Source: Candidatus Komeilibacteria bacterium S5_K13 (lineage in GTDB: Bacteria; Patescibacteriota; Patescibacteriia; UBA1558; S5-K13). From it: a stretch of 51,538 nucleotides of DNA. A program made the position numbers and the translations under genes. Under the pieces are notes generated by a model. That model saw nothing but the letters and a program-made list of their open reading frames with translations. It was not told the DNA's origin and ran no database searches. Below, one piece after another: positions 8,221-17,019 of this stretch. The stretch lies in the NCBI GenBank assembly GCA_019248485.1, contig JAEHGL010000003.1, forward strand, positions 1 to 51,538, written 5' to 3'. Position 1 is the stretch's first letter. Each line of letters starts with the position of its first letter.

Positions 8221-9735
8221 TTAGCTTTCGGCTGTCAGCTTTCGGCTGTCAGCTAATTCGATTATACAAATTATTAAAATTAAAAAACCAATTCCTAGTG
8301 GATGATCTAAATAAGGTGAAAAAATATGAACCACCAAGACGGCTAAAAAAGAAAGTAATAGTGAAACAAAAATTACACTATTAGCCCTTATCAATCTAAC
8401 AGAATCTCGCATTATTTTCAAGCTCAAAGCAATATAAAATATAAGCCCAAAAATACCCATTTTGAGCCAAAAACTAAGCCATCCCCACTCAAAACTATAT
8501 GTTGTTGTCCGTCCTGTCGGGTTTAAAGCATTTTTATTTCTTGGGTCAAGCGAATAATAACTTATTTCATGACCTACACCATATCCAATTATTGGAGAAT
8601 TTTTTATATCTTTTATCATTGGGCTTAGTAATTCCATTCTAGAATTACTGCTCACATCGCCATCACTTACACGACCAGAGAGCATATCCGCAAAATTAAT
8701 ATGAGTATTTGGAATTTTTAGTAATACAAAAATTAATAAAATTGAAAAAATAATGGCCCCAAACAATTTTATATAGTTTAAAAAAATTATTTTTATCTTT
8801 TGTTTTTGAAACAACAGAATAAAAAATAAAAAAATAAATGCAATCACAATTCCAAGCCAATAACTACGAGAGAAACTAACAATAATTGCTGACAAATTTA
8901 ATATTGATAAAGTATAAAAAAATATTTTATCTTTCTTTTGTAATTTAGGGGTCATTAAAACGACTGAACTAATTACAAATGAAATCATTAAATAAATTTG
9001 ACTTTGAAAAAATATACGATAAAAATGATCACTCATCTTTGTAATCTCCCCCACCCTTGTATCTCTAAGCCATTTGTACAAAGTCGTATAATCTATAGAA
9101 CTAAATTGTTGAGAGAATAAATAAAATACAATAATTGTCTTTAATGAAAAGAAAAGTGATGCAGAAAGAAATATATAAAATAAGTTTATGAGAACTTTCT
9201 TATCTTTTATAATTTGATAATAAATAGGAAGTATCAAAAAGAATAAGAAATTATTAATATCAAAAAATATATTTGAAAGTTTTGTTTTATTATATAAAGC
9301 TACTAATACACTAAATATCAAAATTAAAATATATAAAACATAAAACCATACATACTTACTTTTTATAAAGTCTAATTTCTCTCGCCTTGGCGTAGCTAAA
9401 GCTCCTCTTTGGCGAAGCCAGGTTTGTTTATACAAATAAACAACCCCCGCTATAAAAGCAATTATAAAAATAAGCATTCTAAGAGACAATGAAAATCCAA
9501 ATATATTAACACTTATTAATCCTCCCTGAGATCCCACAAAAAGCTCCAAAAAACTTAAATATATCGCCCATTTTATATCTTTCACTATTAAATATACAAT
9601 ACTTAATGCAATTAATATAAAAGCTATTATTCCAAATAAATGATACTGATGTGCAAAGAAAAATACTGAGTCCATGATTATAAGACCCAGGAATGTGATG
9701 CGAAAATAATTGTTTTTTATAAAATACAAAAACAT
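8221..9735 (-). CDS. O-antigen ligase / Wzy_C family polytopic membrane protein
   Basis: About 12 hydrophobic segments; SFSRSYWLG; SSNSRMEL...PIIGYGVG; WLKMGIFGL, typical of WaaL/O-oligosaccharyltransferase-family loops. Confidence 0.8.
   Translation of the reverse strand: MFLYFIKNNYFRITFLGLIIMDSVFFFAHQYHLFGIIAFILIALSIVYLIVKDIKWAIYLSFLELFVGSQGGLISVNIFGFSLSLRMLIFIIAFIAGVVYLYKQTWLRQRGALATPRREKLDFIKSKYVWFYVLYILILIFSVLVALYNKTKLSNIFFDINNFLFFLILPIYYQIIKDKKVLINLFYIFLSASLFFSLKTIIVFYLFSQQFSSIDYTTLYKWLRDTRVGEITKMSDHFYRIFFQSQIYLMISFVISSVVLMTPKLQKKDKIFFYTLSILNLSAIIVSFSRSYWLGIVIAFIFLFFILLFQKQKIKIIFLNYIKLFGAIIFSILLIFVLLKIPNTHINFADMLSGRVSDGDVSSNSRMELLSPMIKDIKNSPIIGYGVGHEISYYSLDPRNKNALNPTGRTTTYSFEWGWLSFWLKMGIFGLIFYIALSLKIMRDSVRLIRANSVIFVSLLLSFLAVLVVHIFSPYLDHPLGIGFLILIICIIELADSRKLTAES
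8223..8254. repeat. 14-bp tandem repeat (2.3 copies) encoding the C-terminal ADSRKLTAES tail
   Basis: agctttcggctgtc x2 plus agct. Confidence 0.85.
9385..9422. repeat. GC-rich imperfect palindrome (REP/RPE-like) inside a coding sequence
   Basis: ccttggcgtagctaaagctcctctttggcgaagccagg folds into a hairpin of about 38 nt; it is read in frame as TWLRQRGALATPRR. Confidence 0.6.
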
Positions 9736-9739
9736 AATT

Positions 9740-12700
9740 TTATTCTAGTAAATAGCAATTATTTACTATATTGTGATTATTAAAAGTTGTATCTTCAGAA
9801 GATTTTAATACGATTTTTTTATCTTCCTTTTTATATTTATTGCTTATATATTGAAACAAAACGGGTCTGTTTGTAGATGCTCCTCCGCAAGAATCTATTA
9901 TAATAACAAGTTTTCTATCTGCTTTTTTTGCAATACCTTTCATATATTCTATAAATTTGTCAACAAAGTCTTGGACAGAAATTTGATTAATAACATTCTC
10001 AATAGGATTAAGACCTCTTATAACTAAAAGTTTTTCATCATTTTCACTCTCCGTTTCTATAACCATAGAAGAGCCTGATAATCTTTCAAACTTACTATCT
10101 GGATTTTGATCCATTGTGATGCTTGTAAAATTAGGAAATTTTTTTGATATACAGTCATATTTAGATGCCCAACAAACGTCAGCAAGATGCCCAGAAAGCT
10201 CCATAAGAATTCCTCTGGTTGGTATAAATTTAAATTCAGTTGTTCCTTTGGTTGACAGTCTTTGAATATTATTTAATTCATCTTCAAGAGCTTTTGTTTT
10301 TATGATACTCCTGAAAGCTTCTATAGACTTCTTATTTTTTAGATATTTTATCATTGTTTCTTTATGCGTAATATGTTCAACAAAATCTATCATCCAGCTA
10401 ATATTATTCATGTCTAAATTATCTATGTTCAACATATCTTTTGCTATTGATATTTGATTCTTATGATCTTTAAAAGACATAAAAAAAACAAATTCTCTTA
10501 ATTCATTATGAAGTTGTTCGTATTTTGAAAGAACCTGAAAATTGTTTTCAAAATTAACTACGCTTCTTAAATCTAAATTTTTTAATTCTTGTATCTTATT
10601 TTCAATATTATTTTTTGCAATACTTAAATTGCTATCTTGATTTAGGATTTCTCTTTTTTTCTCTAATTCCTCTATTAAAGACTCTATTTTATTTTTTACT
10701 GTTTGTATTATATCTGATATTGATTTTTTGTCTTCTATTAATCCAATGGATCTCAAAATAGATTCTTTCAATTTATTGTAGGAGTCCTTAAATGATTTTG
10801 GAAATTCATAATTTGTTTGTTTTTCTATGTCTATTTTTTTAACTCCTATTACATCACTGTTAGAGTAAAAGGGTTTTAAATCAAGGCAGGTGTCTTTTGT
10901 ACCTTTCAACAAGATGTCCTGATCAACCAATCTTTCAAATTCTTTTTCTCCATGATTCCCCCATGCACTATATTCAAATCTTATGTAATTTTTAAAATAT
11001 TCTATTAATATTTTATTATTTTTTACTTTTTCGGTATTGAAATTTGAATCAACAATTTCTTGTTTAAATGAATTGATATATTTTTTTAAATCATTAAATC
11101 CATTAACGCCAGTTTGTTTTACTATATCTTCAAAACAAGGGTCTATTATTTTATTTTCTAGTAAATTTTTAATACCTTGATATATTTCTTGATTTAAATT
11201 ATGTCCAAAAATATCAAAGCATTTCGATAGTAATGGATCTCTTTCTTGAGGTTCTAAAAAGTTTTCATTTATTATTGATGCATTATGAATATTTCCCGAA
11301 ACAATAAATTCTTGTATTTCCTTTTTTGCAATATTTTTCAGTCTATCTTTTGGTACTTCATATCTACTTATTATCATAATTGTAAAATCTAATGCATTTT
11401 TTATATCTTGAGGTAGAAGCAACGCAACAATCTTTTCAACAATATCTATTGCATTAGTAGTAGTATTATCAAAATAATCAAGCATTTTCGAAATGTTATA
11501 AAAATTTTTATTAGAAATTCTTTCTTCCAGGGTATCTGCAACAATATTATTCATTATATCTTGATCTATACCGAACTCATTTTTACATTCTTGAAGTGTA
11601 AAACCTGGATCACTAAAAGAGTATTTAAAACTATTTTTTATTTGATTAATAATTGCAGTTTTTATTTCTATAGATTCAAAGCAATGATTATCAATACTTA
11701 ATGCATTTTTTATTTTAATTATTTCTTGAGTATTAAAATTTCTAATACTCGATATCATGTTTATAGCTATTTGCTTTACATTTTCTTGAGTTATAAATTC
11801 GTCTAATTTATATTTTTTTGCTTTTAAATAGTCTATAATCTTAAAAAGATAATTACGCTTGTCTTCTGTTAGAGAGAGTTCGTTTATAACATTTCTTATT
11901 ATGTCTTCTATTAAAAAGACATCTACGTGTAAAATTTTTGAACATTTTTTAATTGAAAATTCATTTAAATTATAAGGGCCTTCAAATTCTTCTTTGATTT
12001 GTTTAATTATAATATTTTTTACAGGCTCCGATTCTATAAACTCATCTCTGATATAAAATTTTTGAACCATATCAATAAGGCTGATGATATCTATTCTTCT
12101 ACGCCTCAAAATATTGTTTTCTATTGCGCTTTGCATCTCTTTAGATTTTATAAAATCTTCCGGAATGTTCATGATTTTAATATATTCTAATAGTGTCTTA
12201 TAATGTGCAAACTCCCTATCAAACGCTTGTAATATTTTTTTCTTAACTATGTCGATAATATTGTATTTTTCATCTAGTTCTTGAATTTTTTCTTTTTTAT
12301 TTATTTTTAACTTTTCACACCTTCTTTCAAAAGCAAATATACTCCCGTCTGATATATATTTAATAAGTGTTTTGTTGAGTATATTTTGAAAATCTTCGCC
12401 ATGCTCATTGTATTTATTTTTTAAATAAAGAATTTTTTCATTATAATAGTTGTCTTTGTTTATAATGTAATTAATCCATTTTTCTGTATTAGTTTCTGAC
12501 GATTTTTTTGTTTTTTTAGATTTTAATGCTGTTTCAGATGTGTCCATATTATCTCGGTAATCACAACCATCCTCTAATGAAATTAAAAAAGTTTCCTCAA
12601 TTATGTCATCTTTTCTTTTTTCTACTATTAATTCAAAAACACTAGCAACATCCTTTAGTCCCCCAGCTAAACTTTCTAAATCTGCTAGATGAGAAATAAA

Positions 12701-13057
12701 TGAAGAACAAACAAATTCTTGTATTTCTTCAGAATTGATAATGTCTATACAAATATTAAATTCTTCAGTCAATCTTTTTATATGATCTGTTCTTATGTAT
12801 GTTATGCCAAAATCTTGATTATAGTCTCCAGTTATAGTATCTTTTATTTTCTTTTTTAGTGCTTCTTTTAATTCGTCTGACTCTAAAAATTCTTTTGAAA
12901 CCAGCTTTTTTAATCTTACTATTTCTTCATCATGAAACCAAAAACGAGAAATACGATCTATCATTTGTTGTTCATTTTCTCTTTCTGAACTATTTAAATT
13001 TTCTTTTGATTTAGTCTCTCGTTTTATATTGTTTTGTTGCTCAAAATTTTCATTCAT
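9740..13057 (-). CDS. Hypothetical 1105-aa soluble protein: helical repeats plus C-terminal globular domain
   Basis: Long ORF with normal composition; recurring F(L/I)xSxExKxAI-like motif; no signal peptide or TM segment seen. Confidence 0.8.
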   Translation of the reverse strand: MNENFEQQNNIKRETKSKENLNSSERENEQQMIDRISRFWFHDEEIVRLKKLVSKEFLESDELKEALKKKIKDTITGDYNQDFGITYIRTDHIKRLTEEFNICIDIINSEEIQEFVCSSFISHLADLESLAGGLKDVASVFELIVEKRKDDIIEETFLISLEDGCDYRDNMDTSETALKSKKTKKSSETNTEKWINYIINKDNYYNEKILYLKNKYNEHGEDFQNILNKTLIKYISDGSIFAFERRCEKLKINKKEKIQELDEKYNIIDIVKKKILQAFDREFAHYKTLLEYIKIMNIPEDFIKSKEMQSAIENNILRRRRIDIISLIDMVQKFYIRDEFIESEPVKNIIIKQIKEEFEGPYNLNEFSIKKCSKILHVDVFLIEDIIRNVINELSLTEDKRNYLFKIIDYLKAKKYKLDEFITQENVKQIAINMISSIRNFNTQEIIKIKNALSIDNHCFESIEIKTAIINQIKNSFKYSFSDPGFTLQECKNEFGIDQDIMNNIVADTLEERISNKNFYNISKMLDYFDNTTTNAIDIVEKIVALLLPQDIKNALDFTIMIISRYEVPKDRLKNIAKKEIQEFIVSGNIHNASIINENFLEPQERDPLLSKCFDIFGHNLNQEIYQGIKNLLENKIIDPCFEDIVKQTGVNGFNDLKKYINSFKQEIVDSNFNTEKVKNNKILIEYFKNYIRFEYSAWGNHGEKEFERLVDQDILLKGTKDTCLDLKPFYSNSDVIGVKKIDIEKQTNYEFPKSFKDSYNKLKESILRSIGLIEDKKSISDIIQTVKNKIESLIEELEKKREILNQDSNLSIAKNNIENKIQELKNLDLRSVVNFENNFQVLSKYEQLHNELREFVFFMSFKDHKNQISIAKDMLNIDNLDMNNISWMIDFVEHITHKETMIKYLKNKKSIEAFRSIIKTKALEDELNNIQRLSTKGTTEFKFIPTRGILMELSGHLADVCWASKYDCISKKFPNFTSITMDQNPDSKFERLSGSSMVIETESENDEKLLVIRGLNPIENVINQISVQDFVDKFIEYMKGIAKKADRKLVIIIDSCGGASTNRPVLFQYISNKYKKEDKKIVLKSSEDTTFNNHNIVNNCYLLE

Positions 13058-13061
13058 ATAT

Positions 13062-13952
13062 TTATAAGTATTTTTTCTTTTTTGGTAAAATTTTTAGTTT
13101 TGCGCCCACTACAACAAGTCGGACAATAAACCAATTTAAAGCAATAAAAAATTGCAAAATCAAAACCTGCAATTTGCTTTTGTGCCTTTTAAAATACTTT
13201 AATAAACTAGCATTAAATGTTTTTTGATTTCTGAGAATTTTTTCTTGTTTAAAGCTCTCACCTTTGTGATGTTTTATGCTTGTAATGGGCGTAAATATAA
13301 TATCAAGTCCGTGTTTTTTTATCCTTGTGCACAAATCTACTTCTTCAAATAAAAGCCAATAATCTTCGTCCAATAATCCACCAACATTCTCAACAACTTT
13401 TTTAGTGGTCAGTAGAAACGCACCCATTACTTGTTCTACTTTTTTTTCACTATTATAATCAAAATCCAGCATATAATATTTTCGTATTGCTGGAATAAGA
13501 TATGGGAAAAAATTGTGCAGTTTTAGAAGTACAAAAATCTGAGATGCTAATGTTGGGAGCCTACGACATGATGACTGCAGAGATCCATCACTATTTAGTA
13601 GTTTACATGCCATTGCTCCAATATTTTTGCGCGAATCAAATAGCTCAACAAGCTTCTTTAATGAGTTTTGTTCAATAAATTCTGTATCCGGATTAAGCAA
13701 TAATACGTGATTATATTTTGACAGCTTATAGCCAATATTATTTGCTTTTGCAAAACCAAGATTCCCACCTGATTGTATATACCTAGCTTGAGGATATTTA
13801 CTATTTACCATATCCTCGCTTCCGTCATTTGAGTCATTGTCAACAACTATTACATCAAGATCAATGTCGGAGTTAAACTTAAACAAAGACTCTAGAGCTT
13901 TATCTAATAAATCTTTAACTTTGTAGTTTACAATTATGATTGATATTGGCAT
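13062..13952 (-). CDS. Glycosyltransferase, GT2 family (rhamnosyltransferase-like)
   Basis: ISIIIVNY; VVDNDSNDGS; NLGFAKANN; LLLNPD; QVMGAFLL; LDEDYWLLFEEVDLC. Confidence 0.92.
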   Translation of the reverse strand: MPISIIIVNYKVKDLLDKALESLFKFNSDIDLDVIVVDNDSNDGSEDMVNSKYPQARYIQSGGNLGFAKANNIGYKLSKYNHVLLLNPDTEFIEQNSLKKLVELFDSRKNIGAMACKLLNSDGSLQSSCRRLPTLASQIFVLLKLHNFFPYLIPAIRKYYMLDFDYNSEKKVEQVMGAFLLTTKKVVENVGGLLDEDYWLLFEEVDLCTRIKKHGLDIIFTPITSIKHHKGESFKQEKILRNQKTFNASLLKYFKRHKSKLQVLILQFFIALNWFIVRLVVVGAKLKILPKKKKYL

Positions 13953-14470
13953 TAAAATTTAAAATATTTTTTAATTGTTTCTTCAGGTGTCTGTTTTGTG
14001 GAATTTATAAAGTTTTCTTTTCCTATATATTTTTTCATTGATTCGAATTCTTTTCTTACAGTGAATATTCTTCCCGCTCCTGTTGTCCAACATTGTCTAT
14101 CCCAATCTCTTTTTATCATTTCTTCAAACGAAGGAAAAAGCACTTTTATAATTAACCTATTTCCAAACTCGTTTTTGAATTTTTCGAAAAATTCAATATA
14201 TCTTCCAAAAATAATATAGTCTAATACGACATTTTTTTCTTGTTCATTAAATAATTTTTTTGTATAATCTAAAATTTTATTATGGGCTTTTCCTAAATTT
14301 CTAGAATTCTTAGGTAACCATTGTTCTCCATTTGGAAAAAATTCTGTATCTAAATTATCACCATCTATTAATAAAAAATTATATTTTGTAACCAGTATTT
14401 CTGCAATAGTAGTTTTTCCAGCACCCCCTGGTCCAGTTAAAATTAATAATTTTTTATTATGATTTTTCAT
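13952..14470 (-). CDS. P-loop small-molecule/nucleotide kinase (AAA_33/AAA_18-like)
   Basis: LLILTGPGGAGKTT Walker A; IDGD; VVLD; C-terminal INSTKQTPEET. Confidence 0.75.
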   Translation of the reverse strand: MKNHNKKLLILTGPGGAGKTTIAEILVTKYNFLLIDGDNLDTEFFPNGEQWLPKNSRNLGKAHNKILDYTKKLFNEQEKNVVLDYIIFGRYIEFFEKFKNEFGNRLIIKVLFPSFEEMIKRDWDRQCWTTGAGRIFTVRKEFESMKKYIGKENFINSTKQTPEETIKKYFKF

Positions 14471-14714
14471 ATCCTTCTTTTTTCAGAATTTCTATTTTCT
14501 TTTTTTCTCCTCCATTGTATCCCCCAATCTTTCCATCAGACCTTATAACTCTATGACATGGAATACTGGAATCATAATTTTTATTTAAAATATTACCAAC
14601 TGCTCTGTATGCTTTTGGATTGCCAGATAAAATAGCAACCTGCTTATAGGTCAACACCTTTCCTTTTGAAATTTTAGAAACAATTTTATAAACTTTTTCT
14701 TTGAAGGATAACAT
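14457..14714 (-). CDS. ogt: Methylated-DNA--protein-cysteine methyltransferase, C-terminal domain only
   Basis: GKVLTYKQVA; AYRAVG; IPCHRVI active-site motif; GGYNGG...KIEILKKEG. Confidence 0.88.
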   Translation of the reverse strand: MLSFKEKVYKIVSKISKGKVLTYKQVAILSGNPKAYRAVGNILNKNYDSSIPCHRVIRSDGKIGGYNGGEKKKIEILKKEGYEKS

Positions 14715-15712
14715 TACAATTTTTCACACAACTCAATCATCCTATTACTAAATCCCCATTCATTGTCATACCATGCAATAAGTTTTACCAAATTTCCATC
14801 CATTACATTAGTAAGTGACAAATCAAAAATTGATGAATATGGATTTCCTATTATATCAGATGATACAATTTTGTCACCAGTTGTCATAAGTATTCCCTTG
14901 AATTTTTTATTCTTAGACATCTTTATAAATAATTCATTTATTTTTTCAATACTCGTATTTTCTTTTATCTTTATTGTGACGTCCGATAGTGACCCATCTA
15001 CTACTGGAACTCTTATTGCAAGTCCATCAAATTTTCCCTTAAGTTTTGGTATGGCATTTGTAACAGCTATCGCTGCACCAGTTGAAGTAGGAACAATGTT
15101 CTGTGCTGCTGCCCTTGCGCGACGAAGGTCGCTGTGAGGACCGTCTACAAGGTTTTGGTCGGCAGTATAAGCATGCACCGTTGTCATAAAAGCTTTCTCT
15201 ATTGTGAAATTATCACTCATTATTTTCATAACCGGCGCGATACAATTTGTCGTACAAGATGCTAGATCATATACATTAATACTTTTTTTAATTTTTTCAT
15301 CATTTACGCCGAGAACAATAGTCTGAACATTTTCACATTTTGCAGGAGCTGAAATTATTACTTTTTTTGCACCAGCTTTCATATGCTTCTTCGCATCTTC
15401 ATAAGTTCTAAATATTCCTGTACACTCTAAAACTACATCAACTTTCAAATCCTTCCATGGTAAAAGTGTTGGGTCTTTCTGTGCATATACGGGATATAAT
15501 TTTCCATCAACAATGATTCCATTTTTATTTGAAGAAACCTTATTTTCTATTCTTTTTTGAGCAGTATCATACTTTAATAAATGAGCAAGAGTTGCGCTAT
15601 CAGTAAGATCATTGATAGCAACTACTTCAATATTTTTTTTATTTAGTGCAATTCTAAATGCAGCCCTACCAATTCTCCCAAAACCATTTATAGCGATTCT
15701 TTTTTTTGCCAT
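14714..15712 (-). CDS. gap: Type I glyceraldehyde-3-phosphate dehydrogenase
   Basis: INGFGRIGR; ASCTTNC; HAYTADQ; IVPTSTGAA; AWYDNEWG. Confidence 0.98.
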   Translation of the reverse strand: MAKKRIAINGFGRIGRAAFRIALNKKNIEVVAINDLTDSATLAHLLKYDTAQKRIENKVSSNKNGIIVDGKLYPVYAQKDPTLLPWKDLKVDVVLECTGIFRTYEDAKKHMKAGAKKVIISAPAKCENVQTIVLGVNDEKIKKSINVYDLASCTTNCIAPVMKIMSDNFTIEKAFMTTVHAYTADQNLVDGPHSDLRRARAAAQNIVPTSTGAAIAVTNAIPKLKGKFDGLAIRVPVVDGSLSDVTIKIKENTSIEKINELFIKMSKNKKFKGILMTTGDKIVSSDIIGNPYSSIFDLSLTNVMDGNLVKLIAWYDNEWGFSNRMIELCEKL

Positions 15713-15731
15713 ATAATTTTATTTTAAATTA

Positions 15732-16277
15732 TTATTTTATCAAACTATATCCAAGTTCAATTGCTTTATCATTTAACATTTTTATCTCTGGTTTTTGTAT
15801 GTATTTACTTTCAAATTTATGATCGATTGATTTTTGTGCATCTTTGATATCAACAAACTCTTTTATTGTTTTAATAATTGCACCCAACACTATCATATTC
15901 ATAACTCTCTGAGATCCCAATTTTTTTGATAATGTATCAAATGCAAATCCTAAAGAATTTTTTATTTTCTTTATTTCTGGATCTTTTATTAAGTCGGTAT
16001 TATAAATTACAACAGAATCTTTATTAACGTAGTCATCTGCGCGCTTGAAAGCTCGCTCTGACAAAATTATCATAATATCTGCTTTCAAAAACTTTGGGTA
16101 ATATATATTTTCTTTACCAAATTGAATGTAGCCAAGAGATACTCCTCCACGTTGTTCTACTCCATAGTTTGGCACAAAACTAATTTGATAATCTTTTATA
16201 TTTAGAATATCAAGCAAAATTTTACTAATTGTTTGAACTCCCTGGCCTCCCTCGCCAGCTATTAATATTTTTTTCAT
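15732..16277 (-). CDS. 2-oxoacid:acceptor oxidoreductase gamma subunit
   Basis: IAGEGGQGV; PNYGVEQRGGVS; NMIVLGA. Confidence 0.92.
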   Translation of the reverse strand: MKKILIAGEGGQGVQTISKILLDILNIKDYQISFVPNYGVEQRGGVSLGYIQFGKENIYYPKFLKADIMIILSERAFKRADDYVNKDSVVIYNTDLIKDPEIKKIKNSLGFAFDTLSKKLGSQRVMNMIVLGAIIKTIKEFVDIKDAQKSIDHKFESKYIQKPEIKMLNDKAIELGYSLIK

Positions 16278-16281
16278 ATAA

Positions 16282-17007
16282 TTAATTTATATTTGTAAAT
16301 TCTTTTACAGGATAAAATTCTTTCAACTTCTTCATAAAATCCAAAGTATTTTTTGCATCTGTTTTCCAGTTTGTAGGACAAAATGATAATATTTCTACAA
16401 ATGAAAATCCTTTTTCTTGCATCTGAAAATCAATTGCTTTTTTGATAAATCCTTTAAGTTGTATTGGATTGTCAACGCATCCTCTGGCAATATAGGCTGG
16501 CGTTTTAGAGGCGTTAAAAAGCAATTCAGGGCCTTGTAAGAAGTATTCATCTGCACCATGTTGAGTTGTTGCGGTAATTTGACCACTAATTGTAGTTGGC
16601 GCTTCTTGACCTCCAGTCATGCCATAATTTGCATTATTTACAATAATAACAGTAATATTTTCATTTCTTATTCTTGCACTAATTAAGTGCTGCATTCCAA
16701 TAGCATAAGCCCCTCCATCCCCCAAATAAGCAATTGCAACAGCATCTCGCTTTGCTCTCTTTGCACCCGTTACAACTGGTATTGTTCTTCCATGATGAGT
16801 CTGAATTGTATCAACATTAAAAAAGTTCCAAGCCAAAAGCGAACATCCAATATCAATTCCAAATAATGTATTGTTTTGAATGCCTAGTTCATCAATAACA
16901 TATCCTAAGTTTTTTAGAATTATTGGATGACCGCAACCAGGACAAAAATTATGTGGCTTAGAAGATTTTTTCCAGCATATTGGCCATGCTAAATTATCTT
17001 TTATCAT
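16282..17007 (-). CDS. 2-oxoacid:ferredoxin oxidoreductase beta subunit (TPP-binding)
   Basis: FCPGCGH; IGCS; HGR; GDGG...GMTGGQ; EILSFCPTNW. Confidence 0.94.
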   Translation of the reverse strand: MIKDNLAWPICWKKSSKPHNFCPGCGHPIILKNLGYVIDELGIQNNTLFGIDIGCSLLAWNFFNVDTIQTHHGRTIPVVTGAKRAKRDAVAIAYLGDGGAYAIGMQHLISARIRNENITVIIVNNANYGMTGGQEAPTTISGQITATTQHGADEYFLQGPELLFNASKTPAYIARGCVDNPIQLKGFIKKAIDFQMQEKGFSFVEILSFCPTNWKTDAKNTLDFMKKLKEFYPVKEFTNIN

Positions 17008-17019
17008 ATATATTTTATA

